Shown here piece by piece: positions 53,521 to 60,922 of a stretch of DNA of 60,922 bases (within the stretch, counting starts at the first letter, position 1; each line of letters starts with the position of its first letter). Source of the stretch: a virus. Lineage: Duplodnaviria; Caudoviricetes. The translations under genes were made by a program, and so were the position numbers. Under the pieces are notes generated by a model. That model ran no database searches and had not been told where the DNA came from. It saw nothing but the letters and a program-made list of their open reading frames with translations. Where the stretch lies: the IMG/VR virus record IMGVR_UViG_3300033183_000054, positions 1 through 60,922 of that record. One strand, written 5' to 3'.

Positions 53521-53922
53521 ATGGTAGATAAGACTAAAAGAAAAGACTATATGAAGTCTAGAATTACTGAAGGCAAAAAAGAAAAAGGAGCTAAACATTT
53601 AGATTCTAGTAATCAACCTACAGCTAGACAAAAAGGATATGCTAAAGGTTTAAAAGAGCAGAAAGATTTTATGGAAGGTTCTAAAGCTAGAAAGTATTTA
53701 GGTGAACTTTATGGTGTTGGGTTTAGTGAAAAAACAGAACTACCTACTTTAAAAGATAGTGATGAAAGACTAAAAAATAATACTGGTGCTCAAGGAAGAA
53801 ACCAAGGACGTAAGGACATGGCTGAAGCTAAAAAGAAAAACATGAAAAAAGGTGGCATCGTTAAAAAATGCAAACGAGACGGTATTTGTAAAAGAGGTAA
53901 AACTAGAGGTAGAATGGTTTAA
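53521..53922 (+). CDS. Basic protein with KKGG...GKTRGRMV C-terminus
   Basis: Start refined to MVDKTK; third copy of the motif. Confidence 0.7.
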   Translation: MVDKTKRKDYMKSRITEGKKEKGAKHLDSSNQPTARQKGYAKGLKEQKDFMEGSKARKYLGELYGVGFSEKTELPTLKDSDERLKNNTGAQGRNQGRKDMAEAKKKNMKKGGIVKKCKRDGICKRGKTRGRMV

Positions 53923-54203
53923 TGGCAGTTCGTAAGACAGCTAAAGGCGCCGCACTAAAACGTTGGTTCCAAGAAGATTGGAAAGATGTTAGAACAGGCA
54001 AAGCGTGTGGTAGACAAAAAGGAGAATCACGTGGAACTCCTTATTGCAGACCTAGCAAACGTGTATCAAGTAAAACTCCTAAGACATCAGGAGAAATGAC
54101 TGCAGCTGAGAAGAAGTCTAGAATAGCTCAGAAGAAAAGTTTAGGGCAACCAGCAGGTAAACCGAGAAGAGTTGCCCCACTAAAACGTAGAAGGAAGAAA
54201 TAA
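53922..54203 (+). CDS. Small very basic protein
   Basis: L.RWF.E.W, CGR and PYCRP..RVS.KTP.T..E. Confidence 0.75.
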   Translation: MAVRKTAKGAALKRWFQEDWKDVRTGKACGRQKGESRGTPYCRPSKRVSSKTPKTSGEMTAAEKKSRIAQKKSLGQPAGKPRRVAPLKRRRKK

Positions 54204-54884
54204 ATGGCTACATCAGGAACAGCAACATTTAATTTAGACTTAAATAATATAGTCGAAGAAGCGTTCGAGCGATGCGGTGCTGAACTACGTACAGGTTATG
54301 ATTTAAGAACTGCAAGACGTAGTCTAAACTTACTTACTGCAGAATGGGCTAACCGAGGCGTTAACCTATGGACTATTGATGAGGGTTCAGTGACACTAAC
54401 TTCAGGTACAAACAATTATAATCTACCTGCGGATACCATTGACTTAATCGAACAAGTAGTAAGAACAGGTACAGGACAGAATCAACAAGACATTAACATT
54501 ACTAGAATCTCTGCTCCTACATGGGGAACAATACCAAACAAAAATGCAACAGGTCGACCAATACAAGTATGGATAAATAGACAAGCAAGTCAACCACAAA
54601 TTAATGTATGGCCTGCACCAGATAACAATAATTACACATTTGTCTATTGGAGATTGAAGCGTATTGAGGACGCAGGGAACGGCGTTAATACTCAAGACAT
54701 ACCGTTTAGATTTTTACCTTGTTTAGTAGCAGGATTAGCTTTTTATTTAAGTATGAAACTACCAGGTGCTGATATAAGAACTCAAATGCTAAAACAAGAA
54801 TATGAAGAACAGTGGTTATTAGCTTCAACTGAAGATAGAGAAAAAGCCGATTTAAGACTTGCACCCCGTCGGCAATATTTATAA
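54204..54884 (+). CDS. Head-tail adaptor / tail tubular A-like protein
   Basis: I.EEAFERCG, ARRSLNLL..EW.NRG.NLW, VWP.PD and L..GLA.YL. Confidence 0.7.
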   Translation: MATSGTATFNLDLNNIVEEAFERCGAELRTGYDLRTARRSLNLLTAEWANRGVNLWTIDEGSVTLTSGTNNYNLPADTIDLIEQVVRTGTGQNQQDINITRISAPTWGTIPNKNATGRPIQVWINRQASQPQINVWPAPDNNNYTFVYWRLKRIEDAGNGVNTQDIPFRFLPCLVAGLAFYLSMKLPGADIRTQMLKQEYEEQWLLASTEDREKADLRLAPRRQYL

Positions 54885-54893
54885 GGAAACGCT

Positions 54894-55247
54894 ATGGGAC
54901 GAAAGTATACGTCTGGTAAACATACCATAGCAGAATGTGATAGATGTGGTTTTAGGTATAAGCTAAAAGAACTAAAAGACTTATTTATAAAAACTACAGA
55001 CACTAATATTAAAGTCTGCAAAGAGTGTTGGGAACCAGACCATCCACAGAACATGCAAGGTATGTATCCTGTTGATGACCCACAGGCAGTAGAAGACCCA
55101 AGACCAGATAAAAACTTGGAGATACAAAGAGATTATCAGTATGGTTGGAATCCTGTTGGACTTAATAATCCACTTGCATTACCAGACGTAGAAGATGATT
55201 TGGAAGGTACCGGCGGGGTTGGCACGGTTACTGTAACAACAACTTAG
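54894..55247 (+). CDS. Zn-binding virion-region protein
   Basis: CDRCGF and VC.ECWE.DHPQ...DPQA..DPRPD. Confidence 0.7.
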   Translation: MGRKYTSGKHTIAECDRCGFRYKLKELKDLFIKTTDTNIKVCKECWEPDHPQNMQGMYPVDDPQAVEDPRPDKNLEIQRDYQYGWNPVGLNNPLALPDVEDDLEGTGGVGTVTVTTT

Positions 55248-55256
55248 GAGTATAAT

Positions 55257-55424
55257 ATGAACAAAGATAGAAAAGGCTGCAATACTACATATAAACAACC
55301 AGAGATGGTTGCAGTGCCTAACACAGCTGGATATCCGTCAAAAGATGTTAAGACTGAAGGTGTAGTAACACGCGGTAACGGTGCAGCAACAAAAGGTACA
55401 AAAGCACGCGGCCCAATGGCATAA
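55257..55424 (+). CDS. 55-aa protein (not in ORF track)
   Basis: AGGAG RBS; ends RGNGAATKGTKARGPMA. Confidence 0.7.
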   Translation: MNKDRKGCNTTYKQPEMVAVPNTAGYPSKDVKTEGVVTRGNGAATKGTKARGPMA

Positions 55425-55433
55425 GGATAAAGA

Positions 55434-56069
55434 ATGACTTACGCAGAATTAGTAGCAGCGATACAGTCTTATACTGAGAACCAGTATAGTACAACTGACG
55501 TAAATACATTTATACAACAGGCTGAACAACGTATATATAATTCAGTTCAATTGCCCGACTTACGTAAAAATGTTACAGGTAACATGACAAGTGGTAATAA
55601 ATATTTTAGTTTACCTAGTGATTGGTTATCTACATTTAGTATTGCTGTAATTAACGCTGATAATGAATACACATACTTATTAAACAAAGATGTAAACTTT
55701 ATTAGAGAATCATTCCCTGATACTGATTCAGGGTTTTATGGACAGCCACAATATTATGCTATATTCGATGATACAACAATGTTGCTTGGTCCTACACCAG
55801 ATGCTAATTATAACTCTGAGCTTCATTACTATTATTACCCTGAGTCTATTGTTACAGCTGGCAACACTTGGTTGGGTGATAATTTTGACACTGCTCTATT
55901 CTATGGAGCGTTGTTGGAAGCAGCTGCGTTTATGAAAGAAGAGGGTGATGTACTTACAGTATATGCTCAAAAATATAACGAAGCTATGGGACTTCTTCAG
56001 AACTTAGGAGAAGGTAAAAATAGGAGAGATGCTTACAGAAGTGGGCAAGAAAGGATAGCAGTTAAGTAA
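55434..56069 (+). CDS. Second head-tail adaptor-like protein
   Basis: MTY.EL..AI..YTE, FI..AE.RI, GPTPD..Y and L.YG.L.EA..FMK. Confidence 0.7.
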   Translation: MTYAELVAAIQSYTENQYSTTDVNTFIQQAEQRIYNSVQLPDLRKNVTGNMTSGNKYFSLPSDWLSTFSIAVINADNEYTYLLNKDVNFIRESFPDTDSGFYGQPQYYAIFDDTTMLLGPTPDANYNSELHYYYYPESIVTAGNTWLGDNFDTALFYGALLEAAAFMKEEGDVLTVYAQKYNEAMGLLQNLGEGKNRRDAYRSGQERIAVK

Positions 56070-56353
56070 TGAAAGAAATGAACTTTGGTGATTTACAGTT
56101 TGATGTAATTACTTCAAAAGCAAACCAGGGTCATTCACCTGAACAGATAGCGGAAATGGCGTTAGCAAAAATAATTTATGTAGCTCAAGATGCTAATCCG
56201 TTAATACGTGAGCAAGCAGAAGCGTACAAAAACCACATTAGACAAGTTCTAGTGCAATATATGAAAAAGGCTATTAAGTCTAATCATACAACAATAGCGA
56301 ATAAACTGCGTGAAGCAGGACATTCAGATTTAATTAAAATTTTGGAGATATAA
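56069..56353 (+). CDS. Hypothetical tail-region protein
   Basis: 94 aa helical, coupled. Confidence 0.7.
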   Translation: MKEMNFGDLQFDVITSKANQGHSPEQIAEMALAKIIYVAQDANPLIREQAEAYKNHIRQVLVQYMKKAIKSNHTTIANKLREAGHSDLIKILEI

Positions 56354-56354
56354 A

Positions 56355-56801
56355 ATGGCAATTACTCAAGCAATGTGTACGTCATTTAAAGTGGACTTAT
56401 TGAATGGTATTCACGCTTTTGGTACTACAGTCGCTCGTGCAGGTACAACTGCTGACACTATGTACATGGCTTTATACACATCATCAGCTACTTTAGGTGC
56501 GACAACAACAGCTTACACAGCTACTAACGAAGTATCAGGTACTGGATATTCTGCTGGTGGTCAAGCACTTACTGCAGTTGCTCCTACATCATCAGGTACA
56601 ACAGCGTACTTAGACTTTGATGATGAAACATGGACATCTTCTACTATTACAGCACGTGGTGCGTTGATTTATAATTCAACACAATCAAACAAATCTGTAG
56701 CAGTATTAGACTTTGGTGCAGACAAAACATCAACAGCAGGTGACTTTACTGTAGTATTCCCTACAGCTGACGCTTCTAACGCTATTATTAGAATAGCCTA
56801 A
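56355..56801 (+). CDS. Tail structural protein
   Basis: Thr/Ala/Gly-rich; ARGALIYN...VLDFG.DK. Confidence 0.7.
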   Translation: MAITQAMCTSFKVDLLNGIHAFGTTVARAGTTADTMYMALYTSSATLGATTTAYTATNEVSGTGYSAGGQALTAVAPTSSGTTAYLDFDDETWTSSTITARGALIYNSTQSNKSVAVLDFGADKTSTAGDFTVVFPTADASNAIIRIA

Positions 56802-56813
56802 TAGGAGGCTAAT

Positions 56814-57329
56814 ATGGCTCTTGTTGTTAAAGACAGGGTAAAAGAAACTACTACCACGACAGGTACAGGCACTTTAACACTAGCTGGAGCAGTGACTGAC
56901 TATCAAGCTTTCTCTGCTATTGGCGATGGTAATACAACGTATTACACCATTCAGTTAAGTACAAGTGATGAGTGGGAAGTAGGTCTTGGTACATATACTG
57001 CATCAGGTACGACTTTATCTCGTGATACTATTCTTGCGTCCTCTAATTCAGGAAGTGCAGTTAATTTTTCTGCAGGAACTAAAGATGTATTTGTTGTGTA
57101 TCCAGCAGGTAAAGCAGTATACGGAGATGCAAATGGGGATGTTACAGTTTCTGGAGTTGTACGAGGCACAGAACTAGAGGCATCAAATGGTATAGTTACA
57201 AACAATGAGACCGTTGGTGCTAATTATACTTTTCCTACAGGATATAATGGAATGAGTGTAGGACCAATTACTATTGGTAGTGGGGTTACAGTAACAATAC
57301 CGTCAGGGCAACGCTGGGTAGTACTGTAA
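56814..57329 (+). CDS. Tail-fibre proximal / branching protein
   Basis: DRVKETTTTTGTG N-term, EWEVG.G, and C-term SVGPITI..GVTVTIPSGQRWV. Confidence 0.7.
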   Translation: MALVVKDRVKETTTTTGTGTLTLAGAVTDYQAFSAIGDGNTTYYTIQLSTSDEWEVGLGTYTASGTTLSRDTILASSNSGSAVNFSAGTKDVFVVYPAGKAVYGDANGDVTVSGVVRGTELEASNGIVTNNETVGANYTFPTGYNGMSVGPITIGSGVTVTIPSGQRWVVL

Positions 57330-57971
57330 ATGTTTTCCGATAGCCCTTTAGCCACCTCCGCCTTTTCGGCGTTAGGGAACATAAGTGTTTCCGTAGCTGT
57401 TACGGGTGTACAAGGAACTACTGGACTAGGGAACGAAACTGTTGTTGCAGATGCAAATGTATTCCCAACAGGAGTAAATGCAACAGGTAATATAGGTGAT
57501 GTAACAATCACTGCAGATGCAAATGTAAGTGTTACAGGAGTAGCAGGAACTACAGCACTAGGTACAGCTGACGCAACAGGTGATGCAAATGTAAGTGTTA
57601 CAGGTGAAGCAGGCACTACAACAGTAGGTGATGTAACAATCACCGCAGGTGCAAATGTAAGTGTTACAGGTGTACAAGGTACAACAGGATTAGGAAGTGC
57701 AACTGTTACAGGGGACGCAAATGTTCCTATATCTTTAACACCAAGACTACGAAGTGGTTTAGGTAATGTAACAGTAGTAGAAGGTTCAGGAACTACTGTA
57801 AATGTAACAGGAGTAGAAGCACAAGGACAAACTAATGTATTTACTCTTGTATGGGGTGAAATAGATACTAATCAAACACCAAACTGGACAGATGTAACAA
57901 CAACACAATCGCCTAACTGGACAGATGTAACAACAACACAATCGCCTAACTGGACGGAGATAGCAGCATGA
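57330..57971 (+). CDS. Tail protein with internal repeats
   Basis: 22-aa (66-nt) ANVSVTG repeats and 11-aa NWTDVTTTQSP repeats. Confidence 0.7.
   Translation: MFSDSPLATSAFSALGNISVSVAVTGVQGTTGLGNETVVADANVFPTGVNATGNIGDVTITADANVSVTGVAGTTALGTADATGDANVSVTGEAGTTTVGDVTITAGANVSVTGVQGTTGLGSATVTGDANVPISLTPRLRSGLGNVTVVEGSGTTVNVTGVEAQGQTNVFTLVWGEIDTNQTPNWTDVTTTQSPNWTDVTTTQSPNWTEIAA
57882..57955 (+). repeat. Exact 33-nt in-frame tandem repeat (2.2 units)
   Basis: AACTGGACAGATGTAACAACAACACAATCGCCT starts at 57882 and 57915; partial copy at 57948. Confidence 0.95.
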
Positions 57972-58174
57972 TAAAAATAGAAGCAAATAAAAAAGAAGAT
58001 GGCACAGTAGAATGTGCTTACGAAGTAGAACTTGAATGTTTAAATTGTGGTATGAAAGTAGACGCTGAAGAATATAGTTTAGGCACATGCTCTGACTGTG
58101 GTGAAGCTTGGAACGAAAAACGTCACACTAAAGTATATGCTACAAGTATTCCAATGGAAGGACAATCGAGTTAA
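57968..58174 (+). CDS. Small Zn-ribbon protein
   Basis: C.NCG and CSDCG pairs. Confidence 0.65.
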   Translation: MIKIEANKKEDGTVECAYEVELECLNCGMKVDAEEYSLGTCSDCGEAWNEKRHTKVYATSIPMEGQSS

Positions 58175-58199
58175 AATAGCATAAAATCAAGGATAAATT

Positions 58200-59153
58200 A
58201 TGGCAAGTACATATTCAGATTTAAAAATTGAGTTAATTGGTACCGGTGACCAATCAGGTGTATGGGGTGTTACGACCAATACTAACTTAGGTACAGCAAT
58301 TGAAGAAGCTATTACCGGTTCTGCTGATGTTAGTTTTTCTAGTGCCGACGTTACTTTAACTTTAACTGATACTAACACAACTCAATCAGCTCGTAATTTA
58401 AGATTAAACTTAACAGGCACTTCTGGTGGCGCTCGTAACTTAATTGTCCCAGCAATTGAAAAATTCTATATTATTAATAATGGACTTGCCGATACTGTTA
58501 CAGTTAAAAATAGTTCTGGCACAGGTATTGCTGTTCCAGCTGGTAAAAGCACATTAGTTTATAACGATGCAACCAATGTAGTTAGTGTAATTACAGATTT
58601 AGTTTCATTATCCACATCAGGCGCTGATATTAACGGAGGAAACATAGATGGTACTACTATTGGTGCTAGTTCTGCAGCAGCAGCTACCTTTACCAATCTA
58701 ACAGCAAGTGGAAGTTTAGCAGGAACCGCATTTAGTGACTATTTAGCTTCGCCTCCAGCAATCGGTGGTACAGCGGCGGCGGCGGGTACATTTACAGGAA
58801 TCACAATCTCTGGTGGAACTTTAACAACACCGGCAACATTAACTTTCTCAACCACAGCAAGTGTAAGATTACCAAATGGTACAACAGCTGAAAGACCAGG
58901 CACTCCACTAGCTGGTATGATAAGGTATAATAGTGACAATACAAAGTTTGAAGGGTATACTACTACTTGGGGAAGTATTGGCGGAGGAGCCACAGGTGGC
59001 GGTGCTGATGAAGTCTTTCAAGAAAATGAATTAATAGTAACAACAAGTTACACCCTATCTACAGGAAAAAGTGCAATGAGTGTAGGGCCTATTACAATTA
59101 ACTCAGGTGCTACAGTAACTATCCCAAGCGGACAACGCTGGGTTATATTATAA
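58200..59153 (+). CDS. Tail fibre protein
   Basis: MASTYS.L..EL..TG...G.WG..TN.NL N-term; GTTAERP..G.IRYN; same C-terminal module as 56814. Confidence 0.8.
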   Translation: MASTYSDLKIELIGTGDQSGVWGVTTNTNLGTAIEEAITGSADVSFSSADVTLTLTDTNTTQSARNLRLNLTGTSGGARNLIVPAIEKFYIINNGLADTVTVKNSSGTGIAVPAGKSTLVYNDATNVVSVITDLVSLSTSGADINGGNIDGTTIGASSAAAATFTNLTASGSLAGTAFSDYLASPPAIGGTAAAAGTFTGITISGGTLTTPATLTFSTTASVRLPNGTTAERPGTPLAGMIRYNSDNTKFEGYTTTWGSIGGGATGGGADEVFQENELIVTTSYTLSTGKSAMSVGPITINSGATVTIPSGQRWVIL

Positions 59154-59162
59154 GGAAATTAT

Positions 59163-59723
59163 ATGTCGACTATAATTAACGCAGATACATCAGACGGATT
59201 AAAGTTTACCTCTGACACATCTGGTGAGATAAAACTACAGAGTGCTGGTACAGATATTGCTACAGTCAATAGCAGTGGTATTACAATGGCAAGTGGTAAA
59301 GATATGGTATCTACAGGTCATGTATTACAAGTAGTACAAGCACAAATAGCAACCGACCAAAGCACGACAAGCACTAGCTATGTAACTTCTAATTTAAGTG
59401 CATCTATTACACCAAGTTCTACATCAAGTAAAATATTAGTAATGTTAAATGGTGGAAATACTTTTAATAACACAAATGGAAACGATGTATTAGTTACTTT
59501 TTATAGAGATGGTTCAGCAGTAGAAACTGGACCGCATGCTTTAATTGAAAATACACCAGGAACAAATTCATTTAAAAGTAATTGGAGTGCTTGTTATTTA
59601 GATAGTCCATCTACAACATCATCTGTAACATATACTCCATACTACAAAGTAAAGGCTGGAACTGGTTATTTTAATCAAGCTACTGCTAGGATAATGCTTA
59701 CATTAATGGAGATTGCAGGATAA
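59163..59723 (+). CDS. Short tail-fibre tip / receptor-binding protein
   Basis: G.VLQVVQ, ITPSSTSSKILV, LDSP.TTS..TY and TLMEIA. Confidence 0.7.
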   Translation: MSTIINADTSDGLKFTSDTSGEIKLQSAGTDIATVNSSGITMASGKDMVSTGHVLQVVQAQIATDQSTTSTSYVTSNLSASITPSSTSSKILVMLNGGNTFNNTNGNDVLVTFYRDGSAVETGPHALIENTPGTNSFKSNWSACYLDSPSTTSSVTYTPYYKVKAGTGYFNQATARIMLTLMEIAG

Positions 59724-59998
59724 TGAATAAACACGAAGCAATATATAAATTATATACGAATGTTGTAACTATTAATGGTGATACAGCATATGATGCAAAT
59801 GGTAACGAAGTATCATACGATGCTGATGCAGTTCAAAGTAAAATAGATTCTGAAGCATATAAAGATGATAGAGCATCTGCATATAAATCAATAATAGAAC
59901 AACTAGATATGATGTACTGGGACAAAGTCAATGGCACATCGACATGGAAAGAACACATTGATGCAGTCAAGGCTGCACATCCTAAACCAACGGAGTAA
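59723..59998 (+). CDS. Tail-fibre-associated chaperone-like protein
   Basis: Y...R..AY..I.EQLD..Y.D...G...W...I..VK..HPK. Confidence 0.65.
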   Translation: MNKHEAIYKLYTNVVTINGDTAYDANGNEVSYDADAVQSKIDSEAYKDDRASAYKSIIEQLDMMYWDKVNGTSTWKEHIDAVKAAHPKPTE

Positions 59999-60000
59999 CT

Positions 60001-60922
60001 ATGGCTCAAATTAATTTACAAGGCGATACATCAGGAAGTATTAGCATATCAGCACCTAGTGTAGCTGGAACTAATACATTAACGCTACCAGCAACAACAC
60101 AGACACTAGCAACACAGAATGCTCTTGGTGTTCGTAACCTTATCATCAATGGTGATATGAGAATTGCACAGAGAGCGACAAGTAAAACTGGTATTACAAG
60201 TGGTGCATATTACACAACTGATAGATGGAGAACTGTTATAACATCTGGTGGAACTTGGACAGAAACACAAGATACAGATGTGCCAAGTGGACAAGGTTTT
60301 TCTTATAGTAGAAAATTTCAATGCACTATTGCAAATGCAAGTTTAAGTGCTGGTAGTGTTTTTGCTGACCAAACAAAGCTTGAAGGTCAGATGTTACAAC
60401 ACCTTAAAAAGGGAACATCCTCTGCTGAAAAATTAACATTATCTTTTTGGGTTAAGTCTAATAAAACTGGAACTATTATTGCAGAGTTTGAAGATATAAA
60501 TAATGCAAGAACTATAGGTCATCAAGTAACCATAGACACTGCTGACACATGGGAAAAGAAAACTTGGACTTTAGATGGTGACACTACAGGTGCATTAGAT
60601 AATGATAATGGTACATCATTAAATCTTAATTTTATCATAGTTGCTGGAACAGATTTTACATCAGGAACTTTAAATCAAGACACATGGGTGTCAAGAGTAA
60701 ATGCTAATAGATGGGTAGGATGTGACAACTATGCAGACTCTATTTCCAACTACATCAACATCACAGGTGTCCAACTAGAAGTAGGTGATACAGCTACACC
60801 ATTTGAACACAGACCATACGATATGGAATTAGCTAGATGTCAGAGGTATTATTCTGAATTAAAAGCAAGTAATGCTTACACAGGTTTTGGTGCTGGAGTT
60901 TGTCGCAGTGCAACCACAGTAA
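60001..60922 (+). CDS. Tail-fibre tip protein with carbohydrate-binding-like domain (partial)
   Basis: GGAG RBS; RNLIINGDM.IAQR, DRW, TLSFWVKS, ITGVQLEVG..ATPFEHR...EL.RCQRYY; runs off the window end. Confidence 0.8.
   Translation, partial: MAQINLQGDTSGSISISAPSVAGTNTLTLPATTQTLATQNALGVRNLIINGDMRIAQRATSKTGITSGAYYTTDRWRTVITSGGTWTETQDTDVPSGQGFSYSRKFQCTIANASLSAGSVFADQTKLEGQMLQHLKKGTSSAEKLTLSFWVKSNKTGTIIAEFEDINNARTIGHQVTIDTADTWEKKTWTLDGDTTGALDNDNGTSLNLNFIIVAGTDFTSGTLNQDTWVSRVNANRWVGCDNYADSISNYINITGVQLEVGDTATPFEHRPYDMELARCQRYYSELKASNAYTGFGAGVCRSATTV

Noticed and set aside
56814-59153. Diversity-generating retroelement template/variable repeat pair
   Set aside because: Differences are mostly synonymous and not adenine-specific, both copies are coding, and no reverse transcriptase is present.
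654-60321. Numerous antisense and alternate-frame ORFs nested in long genes (e.g. 1061-1525, 12525-12905, 27738-28199, 43003-43473, 57224-57643)
   Set aside because: Shadow ORFs with Ser/Phe/Leu-biased composition, no RBS and no recognisable motifs.
1-60922. Prophage with host flanks, integrase or att site
   Set aside because: Both ends fall inside tail-fibre genes, no recombinase motif was seen, and pqqA is the only clearly host-derived metabolic gene.

Overview
The window holds most of an AT-rich tailed-phage (Caudoviricetes) genome with a podovirus-like gene set, cut inside the tail-fibre region at both ends. The + strand arm (42.2-60.9 kb, continuing at 1-18.3 kb) encodes terminase, portal, GroES-like co-chaperonin, scaffold, major capsid, adaptor/tail proteins, holin, endolysin and internal (ejection) proteins, including a 2402-aa polyvalent protein. 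The - strand arm (18.3-41.0 kb) encodes early and replication genes: MoxR-type AAA+/vWA module, TraR/DksA-like proteins, family A DNA polymerase, PD-(D/E)XK exonuclease, SNF2 helicase and AEP primase-helicase. I saw no integrase, RNA polymerase, tRNA or CRISPR array. The main findings lie outside the ORF track. (1) A 23-aa pqqA gene (PQQ cofactor precursor) sits right after the capsid gene and points to a Methylophilaceae-type host. (2) A ~95-nt predicted sRNA (41322-41421) has its own sigma70 promoter and terminator, an anti-Shine-Dalgarno loop, and a 14-17-nt segment complementary to the conserved leaders of at least four early genes. (3) Seven copies of a 16-bp palindrome are confined to 31-41 kb. 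(4) There is an iteron/IHF/AT-rich origin-like locus. (5) A late operon has a pseudoknotted 5' leader. (6) An xxGG peptide motif is shared by small basic proteins and ejection proteins. All calls come from reading motifs by eye; no database searches or folding programs were run.
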